From contig CAVRYO010000007.1 of the NCBI GenBank assembly GCA_963725485.1, forward strand, positions 363,928 through 427,927: a stretch of DNA of 64,000 nucleotides, given 5' to 3'. This stretch comes from Pirellulales bacterium. GTDB lineage: Bacteria; Planctomycetota; Planctomycetia; Pirellulales; DATAWG01. The position numbers and the translations under genes are program-made. A model generated the notes under the pieces. That model was not told the origin of the DNA. It searched no databases and was given only the letters and a program-made list of their open reading frames with translations. How positions within the stretch are numbered: the stretch's first letter is position 1; each line of letters opens with the position of its first letter. This document shows, in pieces, positions 40,477 through 49,440 of the stretch.

Positions 40477-42459
40477 ATGAAGTGCGGGCGCATCGGAGTT
40501 GCTGTCGCCGCTTTGGGTTTGGGAGTCGTCCTGGGCGGGCTTCCCTGGTCAGCTTCGACCGTGGTCGGGGCCACACCTAAGCAGAACGAAAAGCTGCGTG
40601 CCGCGGAGTCCAAGCTTTCCAAGGCAGAATCTCTGTATAAGAGCAACAGCATGCGCCCGGCCACCGAAGCCCTCGCCCAGGCCCAAGTGGCCCTCGTCGA
40701 ATTGGCGGACGTGCCGGAATTGGCGCGCCAGATCGAGCCGCTCAAGAAGCGGCTGGCCAATCTGCACGACAACATGGAGCTCGACGGAGCCAAAGTCGCC
40801 GCGATTCCGGAGTCGCTTGCCATCGGCGACATGACTGCCCCTGCCAAAACAGCGCCTGCCAAACCGGCGCCCGTCAAACCCGTGGTCGCCAAGACTCCGC
40901 TGGGCAAGCCGGCGCCGGAGCGCCCGTCGGTCTTGGAATTCCCTTGCCGGCGGCCAAAGGGGGCCAAATCAGCTTTGTCCGCCAGGTGGCCCCGCTGTTG
41001 GTCGGAAAATGCGGCGGCTGCCATGTGACGAAGAACGCGGGCCGGTTCAGCATGCAAAACTATCCCGCCCTGATGCGCGGCGCGAAAGACGGCGTGGTGC
41101 TCAGCCCCGGCAAGGGCGAGGGAAGCCGGATTATCGACGTCATCGAGTCGGGCGACATGCCCCGCGGCGGCGGCGCAAAGTCGCGCCGAAGAGTTGAAGA
41201 TGCTCACGAAGTGGATCGACGAAGGGGCGAAATTCGACGGCCCCGATCCGAACGCTTTGCTCACCGCGCTCGTGCCGGGCGTCCTTCAGAAAGGGAAGAA
41301 CGCGTCGATGGAGCCAAAGCTGGAAGTCATGGCGGCGACCGGCAAGGAAACAGTCCGCTTTGCCCGCGATATTGCTCCGGTGTTGGTCGAGAATTGCCTG
41401 GGTTGCCATGGCGCAGGGAACAATCCTGGCGGCAAGCTCACCATGTCGACCTTCGCCAGCTTGCTAAAGGGCGGAGATAGCGGCAACGAAATCGAGCCGG
41501 GCCGCCCCGCCGACAGTTTGTTGCTGAAGAAGCTCAAAGGCACCGCCGGCGAGCGGATGCCGCTGCGCAAACCGGCGCTCTCGGCCGATGTGATCGCGAA
41601 GTTCGAAAAATGGATCGCCGAAGGGGCCCGCTACGACGCGATGGACTCTCAATCGCCCCTGGATTTGGTCGTCGAAATCTATAAGGCCCAGGTTGCGACG
41701 CACGAAGAACTTTCCGCCGCGCGGGCGATGCGCTCGCGAAAGTTGTGGCACACGGCGATTCCCGACGATGAAGGCATCGTCAAAGAAACCAAGAATTTCG
41801 TTCTGGTCGGCAACGTCAGCGAAGCGACCCTGAGCGACGTGGCGACCGTGGCCGAAACGCAGGCGGCAGCCGTGGCGCGGTTTTTCCGGGTTCCCGAAGG
41901 CAAGCCGCTGGTCAAGGGGCGGATCACCTTGTTCCTCTGCCAGAAGAAGTACGACTACGGCGAATTCGGCCGGATGCTCGAAGGGCACGAGATTCCCACC
42001 AGCGCGGCGGGCTATTTCAACTACGACGTAGTGAATGCCTACGCCACGATCGTGCCGCCGCAGAACGGCGAATATTCGCTCAATGCTCTGGTCGCCCAGC
42101 AGGTCGCTAGCCTTTATATCGCCAGCCTCGGCCGAGCCCCGCATTGGTTCGCCTCCGGCGTCGGCTCGGCGATTGGCCTGCGTCAAGACAGCCGCGATCC
42201 GCGCTTGAAGCAATGGGAAGCATCGATTCCCGACGCCGTCGGTTCGATGGCGAGGCCCGACAGTTTCCTGACTGGCGGCACTTCGGAGCAGAACAACGTC
42301 CTGGCGTTCGGGTTCGCGAAAGCCCTGATGGGTGCCCCGTCGAAATTCAATCAATTGATGAACGGCATCCGCCAGGGCCAGCAGTTCGACATGGTCTTCG
42401 AGGCCGCCTACCGCATGAGCCCCGCCGAAGCCGCCTCCGCCTGGTCGCGCCGGAAATAG
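40477..42459 (+). pseudogene. Secreted protein with two PSCyt1 (planctomycete cytochrome c-like) domains plus a C-terminal DUF; two apparent frameshifts (~40940, ~41180)
   Basis: Signal peptide MKCGRIGVAVAALGLGVVLG; two copies of the pattern F(V/A)R.(V/I)AP(L/V)LV..C..CH...N..G.(F/L).M.....L..G...G..(L/I).PG....S.... (FVRQVAPLLVGKCGGCHVTKNAGRF...; VRFARDIAPVLVENCLGCHGAGNNPGGKLTM...RMPLRKPALSADVIAKFEKWIAEGARYD), lying in different frames. Confidence 0.65.
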
Positions 42460-42505
42460 GCTTGAGGGGCGTGAGGAATCGAGGGGCGTGAGGGTATGGG
42501 TGGAA

Positions 42506-42540
42506 GCCTTAAGCCTTAAGCCTTAAGCCTTAAGCCTTCC
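42506..42540. repeat. Microsatellite (gccttaa)x5 spanning the larE stop codon
   Basis: gccttaagccttaagccttaagccttaagccttcc; on the minus strand it encodes ...EGLRLKA followed by the stop. Confidence 0.8.
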
Positions 42541-43340
42541 GCGAGCACCAGATTCTGGCTGCCCGAGCGAAAGCCCTCCAAGTCGAGCGTCACGTATTTG
42601 AAGCCCAATCGCTTCAATTCGGCCAATAGCGCCGGGCGAATCGCCGGGTCGCACATCCGCGAGATTTCCTCGACCGGCAGCTCCAGCCGGGCCATGTCGC
42701 CGCGGTGGTAGCGGACGCGGACGGTGCGCAAGCCGAGGTTGCGGAGGTATCGCTCCGCGCTGTCGATCATCGCCAGCCGCTCGGGAGTCACTTGCTCGCC
42801 GTACGCCAGGCGGCTCGATAAGCACGGCGCGGCCGGCTTGTCCCACACCGGCAATTCCCACTCGGCGGCTATCGCCCGCACGTCGTCTTTACGCAAATTG
42901 CATTCAACCAACGGGCTGCGCACGCGATGCTCTTTGGCGGCAGTCATTCCGGGCCGATGATCGCCCAAGTCGTCGAGATTCGCCCCGTTGGCGATCGTCG
43001 CCAGATTCAGCCGGGCGACGATCGGCGCCAATTGCTCGTACAGTTCGGTCTTGCAGAAATAACAGCGGTCCGATCCGTTTTTCACATAATCGGGATTGGA
43101 CATTTCATCGGTCCGGACGATTTCATGCCGAATGCCGATCAACCGCGCGAGTCGCTGGGCCTCGTCCAGTTCGCCGTCCGGCAAACTCGCGCTCGCAGCC
43201 GTGATCGCCACCGCCCGCTCGCCGAGTGCAAGTTGGGCCGCCTTCGCGACCACGGTGCTATCGACGCCCGCGGAGAAGGCGACAGCGCAACTGCCATAGC
43301 CGCGGAGCGTGTCGACAAGCTTGTTGGCCAGAGATTGCAT
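42516..43340 (-). CDS. larE: PP-loop ATP pyrophosphatase, LarE-like sulfur transferase (COG1606)
   Basis: AVAFSAGVDSTVVA (SGGxDS PP-loop); conserved cysteines (CYFCK); 274 aa. Confidence 0.7.
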   Translation of the reverse strand: MQSLANKLVDTLRGYGSCAVAFSAGVDSTVVAKAAQLALGERAVAITAASASLPDGELDEAQRLARLIGIRHEIVRTDEMSNPDYVKNGSDRCYFCKTELYEQLAPIVARLNLATIANGANLDDLGDHRPGMTAAKEHRVRSPLVECNLRKDDVRAIAAEWELPVWDKPAAPCLSSRLAYGEQVTPERLAMIDSAERYLRNLGLRTVRVRYHRGDMARLELPVEEISRMCDPAIRPALLAELKRLGFKYVTLDLEGFRSGSQNLVLAEGLRLKA

Positions 43341-43451
43341 GCGGATCGCGCCCGTTTCGTTTGGTGATTGTCGCCACCGTTATTTTACCTTAACCGGCGA
43401 GCGTGCGAATCCGGCTTTCCTTTGTCCGGCCGGCAAACGCGAAGCGTTGGA

Positions 43452-43525
43452 AGCACAAGCCTGACGCGCAAGCGAAGGGCGGCGAACGAACCCGCGCCGT
43501 CCTTCGCTTGCGCGTCAGGCTTGTA
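43452..43525. repeat. Palindromic repeat (agcctgacgcgcaagcgaagg ... ccttcgcttgcgcgtcaggct), 21-bp stems
   Basis: A partial copy (gaagcctgacgcgcaagcgaagg) occurs at 52088-52115. Confidence 0.55.
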
Positions 43526-44177
43526 TGTTTCCGCCGAAACGCTGCGCACAAAAAAAGCGACAGATTCTCCGCCGCAATGCCGTGGCGATTTAAAAGTGGA
43601 GAGCTCGTTTACCCATAAAAGGGGGTGCCTTGGATCCGGTTTTGTGTGATCCGAGCGGAGCGACGACCGGTGCGGATCTCAAGGACTCGCAGTCGCCGCC
43701 GTCGGCTGTACACGCAGCCAGACCACAAAAATAGGCCCCCAAACGAGCTGAATTAAGAGCTCACCGCATTATGTCATCGGCAGCACGAACATGGCAGAAA
43801 AATCCGTCGCTTTCGAGTCGAAACATCGCCGCGTGCGACCGCCGCGAAATCCGGCCCGTGGCTGAATCGTAGCAGCCGCCTCGACATGCGACAAGACAAA
43901 CCAGCGAACCACGGTCCTTGCGGGTGCATTCCGCAGTTTTTAACCTCGCACGCGATTTTGGACGGCTGTTCCATGAAATGTGCACTGCAAATTCAGCGCT
44001 CCATACAATAACCCCAAGGTTGGTTCCGGGCGTTTAATCGCGCCGAAGGTGCGGATTGCTGCCGCGTGCCATTCCGCTGCGAATCCCCCTTCCTCCGTTG
44101 CAATAGAAAACAATCCCTCAAGCAGTTATCTTCAGTGCATATCGTGCCGTGCGAGTTCCAAGTCCTTCGAGCCGTTG

Positions 44178-45042
44178 ATGGATAATCGACCCGACCGAAC
44201 GATCGGCCATACTACCACCGGGCGCTGGCTCGGGGTCGAATTTCCCAAGCGCGTCTTGCCGCGGCCGGAAATCAGCCACGTGCTGTTCGATTTCGACGGC
44301 ACGCTGTCGGTCATTCGCGAAGGCTGGCCGGAGGTAATGTGCGCGTTTTTCCTGGAAATCGTCCCACGCCTGCCGGGCGAGAGCGAGAAGGAGCTTCGCC
44401 AGCTGTTGATGGAGGACATTGCCCGGCTCACGGGTTTGCCGACCATCGCCCAAATGTCGCAAACCGCGGCGACCGTCCGCCAGCGCGGCGGCCAGCCGTT
44501 GGATCCCGAGGCGTACAAAGCAGAATTCCTCTCGCGCTTGGACGTGCGGACTGCGCCGCGGCTTGCCGGATTGGCCGACGGCTCGATCCCGCCCGACGAC
44601 ATGCTGATTCACGCCGCCCGGCCGCTGCTGGACCATCTGCGGGCTCGCGGTTTGCGGTTGGTCTTGGCCAGCGGCACCGATGAGGAAGCGGTTCATCGCG
44701 AAGTGAAACTATTGCAACTCTCCGATTATTTCGAGCCCCACATTTACGGCGCCCGGGCCGATGCCCACGAATCGTCGAAGCAGCAAATCCTCGCCCGGCT
44801 ATTGCACGACGATGGGATCACGGGCCGGCAATTGCTCGCTTTTGGCGACGGCTTCGCCGAGATCCAGTGCGCTGAAGCAAGTCGGGGGCCTGGCCGTGGC
44901 CGTGGCCAGCGACGAGTCGCGCAATGGCTCCGGCCGGGTCGATCCCTTAAAGCGGCGCCGGCTGTTGGACGCGGGGGCCGACGTCGTCGTGCCCGACTAT
45001 CGCGATGCGATCCCGCTGGTCGATTTTCTGCTGGACTTATGA
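44178..45042 (+). pseudogene. HAD-superfamily hydrolase/phosphatase, apparent frameshift near 44875
   Basis: Motif I VLFDFDGTL; LVLASGTDEEAV; the C-terminal motif III/IV region GDGFAEIQ / VGGLAVAVASDESRNGSGRVDPLKRRRLLDAGADVVVPDY continues in another frame (ORF 44761..45042). Confidence 0.65.
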
Positions 45043-46181
45043 CTCCATCCCGCGATCGCACATCGTTGTCTTCGTCCGGTGTGCAGCCACTGGACCTCAG
45101 CCGGCTGAAGGTGTTTTCATTGGCCGAGCGCCGCAGCTTATCGCGGGTCGAAGATATTCTGCTCGATCCCGACGCTCCGGTTCCGCCTTGCACCGATGCC
45201 GTCGCCGCGCGGGTCGCCGATTGTGCCGAACGAATTCGCGCAGCGCGGCGGTTGGGCTCGACCGTGATGCTCATCTACGGCGCTCATCTGCTGCGCAACG
45301 GCGCTGCCCGGATTCTCGACCGCTTGATGGCCGAGGGCTGGCTGACGCATTTGGCCACCAACGGCGCGGGAACGATCCACGACTGGGAATTCGCCTGGTG
45401 GGGCGCTTCGTGCGAAAGCGTCGAGATGAACACCGCCAGCGGCACGTTCGGCACGTGGCACGAAACCGCCACGAATATCCACTTGGCCCTGATGAGCGGC
45501 GCGCTGGATGGTCTCGGCTACGGTCGCGCCTTGGGCCGATTCATCGCCGATAATGGCACGACCCTGCCCACGCCCGCGGAGCTCGCCGCTGCGATCGCCG
45601 CCGATCCGCAAAACGCGCTGACCGCGGCCCGGGCCGATTTGCTGCGCGCGATGCTCAGCCAAAAATGGCCAGCCGGGCGCATCGCGGTGGAACATCGTTG
45701 GCCGCAGGCTTCGATTCTGGCCGCCGCCTGGCGTCACGGTGTGCCGATGACCGTGCATCCGGGGATCGGCTACGACATCATCTCGAACCATCCGGTATTT
45801 AGCGGTTCGGCCATCGGGCGGGCCGCCGAATGGGACTTCAAGCTGTTCGGCGGCTCGGTCGAAGGGCTCGACGGCGGCGTGGTGCTGTCGATCGGCTCGG
45901 CCATCATGGGCCCGCAAGTGTTCGAGAAAAGCTTGAGCTGCGTGAACAATCTGCGGCTGCAAGCCGGCCGCGACGTGGTGCGGAATCACTCGATCGTCGT
46001 CGTCGATCTGCAAGACGGCGGCGGCTGGGATTGGTCGCAAGGCGAACCGCCGAAAACGAATCCCGCCTATTATCTGCGGTTCTGCAAGAGCTTTTCCCGG
46101 ATGGGGGCCGCGATGCAATACGTGCAATGCGACAACGCCCTGTTCCTGCGCCACCTGCACCACGAACTGGCGAAGGCATGA
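45039..46181 (+). CDS. Conserved hypothetical protein (380 aa), translationally coupled between the HAD hydrolase and the PfkB kinase
   Basis: ATG overlaps the HAD stop (ATGA) and its stop overlaps the kinase ATG (ATGA). LIYGAHLLRNGAARILDRLMAEGWLTHLATNGAGTIHDWEFAWWGAS; no family assigned. Confidence 0.55.
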   Translation: MTPSRDRTSLSSSGVQPLDLSRLKVFSLAERRSLSRVEDILLDPDAPVPPCTDAVAARVADCAERIRAARRLGSTVMLIYGAHLLRNGAARILDRLMAEGWLTHLATNGAGTIHDWEFAWWGASCESVEMNTASGTFGTWHETATNIHLALMSGALDGLGYGRALGRFIADNGTTLPTPAELAAAIAADPQNALTAARADLLRAMLSQKWPAGRIAVEHRWPQASILAAAWRHGVPMTVHPGIGYDIISNHPVFSGSAIGRAAEWDFKLFGGSVEGLDGGVVLSIGSAIMGPQVFEKSLSCVNNLRLQAGRDVVRNHSIVVVDLQDGGGWDWSQGEPPKTNPAYYLRFCKSFSRMGAAMQYVQCDNALFLRHLHHELAKA

Positions 46182-47210
46182 ACGCCGCGCGCTTCTCGGC
46201 CATCACCGGGCAATATTCGCGGCTGCGAATCGCGATCGTGGGCGATTTCTGCTTGGATCGCTACTTGGAAATCGATCCGGCACGGACCGAGCGCTCGTTG
46301 GAAACCGGGCTCGACGTATACAACGTGGTGCGCGTCCGCAGCCAGCCGGGCGGAGCCGGCACGATCCTCAATAATCTCGCGGCGCTCGGCGTCGGCGAGA
46401 TCGTACCGGTCGGGTTTTGCGGGGCCGATGGCGAAGGGTTCGAATTGCGGCGAGCACTGGAACGAAATGCCGGGCGTGAAGCTGGATCATTTTTTGACGT
46501 CGACCGAGCGGCGGACGTTTACTTATTGCAAGCCGCTGGTGTTGAAGCCGGGCGAATCGCCCTGCGAGCTAAATCGGCTCGATTCGAAGAACTGGACGCC
46601 GACGCCGCGCGAATTGCAGAGCGATCTGGCGACGCGGGTTATTCGATTCAGCGCCGAGCTCGAAGCGATCATTTTGCTCGATCAGGTCGACGTGGCGGAG
46701 ACGGGCGTGGCGACGACGGCGGTCGCCAATACAGTGCATCAGGCGCTCGCAAGATCATCCGCGACTGGTGGTGTTGGCGGATAGCCGGCGCGGCGTGCGT
46801 CATTTTCCGCATCTGGGCTTCAAGATGAACGCGGCGGAACTGGCGATGATCTCCGGCACTACTTCCAACAACGCTGCGGCCGGCGATGTGGCGGAAGTGA
46901 AAGCGCGAGCGACGGAGCTCGCGGCAACGACGGGCCAGCCGGTATTCGTCACACTTTCGGAAAACGGAATCGTCGGCGCGCTGCCGGGGCGCCGGCCGAG
47001 CATGTTCCGTCGCATCCGGTGCGCGGCGAGATCGATATCGTCGGCGCAGGGGATTCGGTGACGGCGAATCTGACCGCCGCGCTGGCCGCCGGCGCAACCC
47101 TGCGCGAATCCATGCAACTGGCCATGGCCGCCGCATCGCTAGTCATCCACCAACTCGGCACCACCGGCACCGCGAGCGTTCAAGAGATCGCCGAATCACT
47201 GGGCGTCTAG
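46178..47210 (+). pseudogene. PfkB-family carbohydrate/sugar-phosphate kinase (RfaE-domain-I / HddA-like), at least three apparent frameshifts
   Basis: RIAIVGDFCLDRYLEIDP...QPGGAGTILNNLAALG (N-terminal PfkB); ...IILLDQVDVAETG...; C-terminus IDIVGAGDSVTANLTAALAAGATLRESMQLAMAAASLVIHQLGTTG (PfkB GAGD anion hole). The pieces are spread over three frames. Confidence 0.65.
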
Positions 47211-47281
47211 AAGTTTGACGGCTTAGGCGACGCGGCCTAAGATCGGAGCAGGCAGTCCGGAAGGCAATTGAGGAGTTGATA

Positions 47282-48042
47282 ATGGAACACGGACCCGGAG
47301 TCATGGCGACGCAGTCCTCGCTCGGGTTGGCGCGTATTCGCGCCGCTTCGGGTGCGCTTTGTGCCGTGGCGTTTGCTGCCGCTCTTCTCGCCTCGCTTCC
47401 CGCCGCGCGGGCCGCCGATCCGTGCAGGTCGATGTGGGGCTTAGCCTAGGGCTGGGCAGTGCTGGGAAGGCGACGCTGTTGGGGGTCGAGGGCAAAGGGT
47501 CGAAGTTTGTTTATGTCTTCGATCGCTCGGGCAGCATGGGGGTGCCGCAGAACAAGCCGCTCAATCGGGCCAAGGCCGAGTTGCTCCGCAGCATCGACGC
47601 TCTGACCGATCTGCAGCAGTTCTACATCATCTACTACAACCAGGATCAGAAGATATTCCAGATCGATCCGACCGGCCGGCGGATCATCTGGGCCAACGAC
47701 ACGAACAAGAAGCTGGCCCATCAGTGGGTCGACAACATCGCAGCCGGCGGCGCCACGCGGCATGCCGACGCGCTGAAGCTGGCGCTGCGGCTGCACCCGG
47801 ATGTGATCTTCATGCTGACCGACGGCGATCCGCCCGACGACATCACGGCCGACGAGTTAAAGCAGCTCGACCGGCTCGACGGCGGAGTGACGGTGATCAA
47901 CGTCATCCAGATTTCGCCCCCTGACACCGAGCACGACAATTTGCTCGTCAAGCTTGCCCAGCACAGCGGCGGCGAGCATGTGTATGTCGATTTCAATAAG
48001 CCGGCGCAAAGCACCGATGCGCCCGCGGCTCCGGCGAAGTAG
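47282..48042 (+). pseudogene. Secreted von Willebrand factor type A (VWA) domain protein, apparent frameshift near 47425
   Basis: Signal peptide MEHGPGVMATQSSLGLARIRAASGALCAVAFAAALLASLPAARAADP in one frame; then VYVFDRSGSM (MIDAS DxSxS) ... IFMLTDGDP in another. Confidence 0.65.
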
Positions 48043-48062
48043 TGCGCGTTGAGAATTCTCGC

Positions 48063-48137
48063 GCCGTTAGCCGCGACGCGGTAGCGGAGCGCGTGGCGGC
48101 GCGAAATGCGCTCCGCTACGGCGTCGCGGCTAACGGC
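48063..48137. terminator. Perfect-stem hairpin (30-bp arms, 15-nt loop) between convergent VWA and efp genes; putative bidirectional terminator
   Basis: gccgttagccgcgacgcggtagcggagcgc - gtggcggcgcgaaat - gcgctccgctacggcgtcgcggctaacggc (one mismatch); the right arm overlaps the efp stop codon. No U-tract. Confidence 0.4.
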
Positions 48138-48711
48138 CGGAATTACGCCCGGCGCGTTCGATGTATTCGCCGGTGCGGGTGTCGACTTTGATCATCTCGC
48201 CGATGTCGACAAACGCCGGAGCGGTGATTTCCGCGCCGGTTTCCAGCTTCACCGGTTTCGTGAGATTCGTGGCCGTGTTGCCGCGGACCGCCGGTTCGCA
48301 ATACTCGACTTTCAGGATCATGTGGTTCGGCGGCTCGACGCTGATCGGATTGTTGTTGAACAACATCATCCGGCAGACTGTGCCTTCCTTGATCCATTTC
48401 CAAGTTTCGTCGACCTGCTCCTTGGTCAGCTCGTATTGCTCGTACGACACGTTGTCCATGAACACGAACTGATCGCCCTGGCGATAGAGATATTGCGCGT
48501 CGATTTCTTCGACGTCGGCCGCGTCGAGCGAATCGCCGCTCTTGTAGGTCCGGTCGAGCATCGTCTGGCGCACGAGGTTCTTCAGGCGGCACTTGTAGAG
48601 CGCCTGCCCCTTGCCGGGCTTCACGAAGTTGCACTCGACCATCAGGTAGGGATCGCCATCGATTTGGATCTTCAAGCCTTTTTTGAATTGGCTGGTATTG
48701 TAGCTGGGCAC
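48130..48711 (-). CDS. efp: Translation elongation factor P (GTG start)
   Basis: PSYNTSQFKKGLKIQIDGDPYLMVECNFVKPGKGQALYKCRLKNL (the KPGKG loop carries the modified Lys); 193 aa. Confidence 0.9.
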   Translation of the reverse strand: MPSYNTSQFKKGLKIQIDGDPYLMVECNFVKPGKGQALYKCRLKNLVRQTMLDRTYKSGDSLDAADVEEIDAQYLYRQGDQFVFMDNVSYEQYELTKEQVDETWKWIKEGTVCRMMLFNNNPISVEPPNHMILKVEYCEPAVRGNTATNLTKPVKLETGAEITAPAFVDIGEMIKVDTRTGEYIERAGRNSGR

Positions 48712-48939
48712 GGCAAATTCTCTGGGGTGATGGCCTTGATTTTCGGTTGTGCGGGCAAGGCAAAGCGTTATGCTACGGAGTAACCGTCCGCTGGGCAACA
48801 CCACTCGCCAGGCGTCGAACATGGCGGGCGCGGGGCGCTAATTGTGGCGGATTTCCCGAGGCGCGGGAAGCCGTTTTTCGCCGAATTCGGGAGCCGGTTT
48901 TGACAGCGCTCGATCGTTTTCCGTCGGCCTCCGCGGTCG

Positions 48940-49440
48940 CGCTTCTCCCTCTCCCTCGACGGGAGAGGGCCGGGGTGAGGGTGATGACGCACCGCATGAT
49001 GGTGCGACGATCGGCGCTGCCACCTCTTACCCCCTGCCCCTCTCCCGCAAGTGGCGAGGGGAGACGTCGTCTCCCTCTCCCTCGACGGGAGAGGGCCGGG
49101 GTGAGGGTGATGACGCACCGCATGATGGTGCGACGATCGGCGCTGCCACCCCTCGCCCCCTGCCCCTCTCCCGCAAGGGGCGAGGGGGAGACGTCGTCTC
49201 CCTCTCCCTCGACGGGAGAGGGCCGGGGTGAGGGTGATGACGCACCGCATGATGGTGCGACGATCGGCGCTGCCACCCCTCACCCCCTGCCCCTCTCCCG
49301 CAAGGGGCGAGGGGAGACGTCGTCTCCCTCTCCCTCGACGGGAGAGGGCCGGGGTGAGGGTGATGACGCACCGCATGATGGTGCGACGATCGGCGCTGCC
49401 ACCCCTCACCCCCTGCCCCTCTCCCGCAAGGGGCGAGGGG
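48940..49440. repeat. Tandem array of ~125-bp units x4 (nested GC-rich hairpins) between efp and epmB
   Basis: The unit ctccctctccctcgacgggagagggccggggtgagggtgatgacgcaccgcatgatggtgcgacgatcggcgctgccacccctcaccccctgcccctctcccgcaaggggcgaggggagacgtcgt repeats at ~48941, 49066, 49196 and 49326 with a few SNPs. It contains the hairpins ccctctccc-tcgac-gggagaggg and gcacc-gcatgat-ggtgc. Confidence 0.85.

Noticed and set aside
43761-43985. 74-aa ORF in the long larE-HAD spacer
   Set aside because: No RBS or start context, unusual composition (Cys/Arg-rich), no homology signal. The region is more likely non-coding RNA or regulatory.
48940-49440. Possible CRISPR array (regular ~125-bp periodicity, palindromic repeats)
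   Set aside because: The inter-repeat 'spacers' are identical between units (it is one long unit repeated). The period is far longer than CRISPR repeat plus spacer, and no cas genes or leader are nearby.
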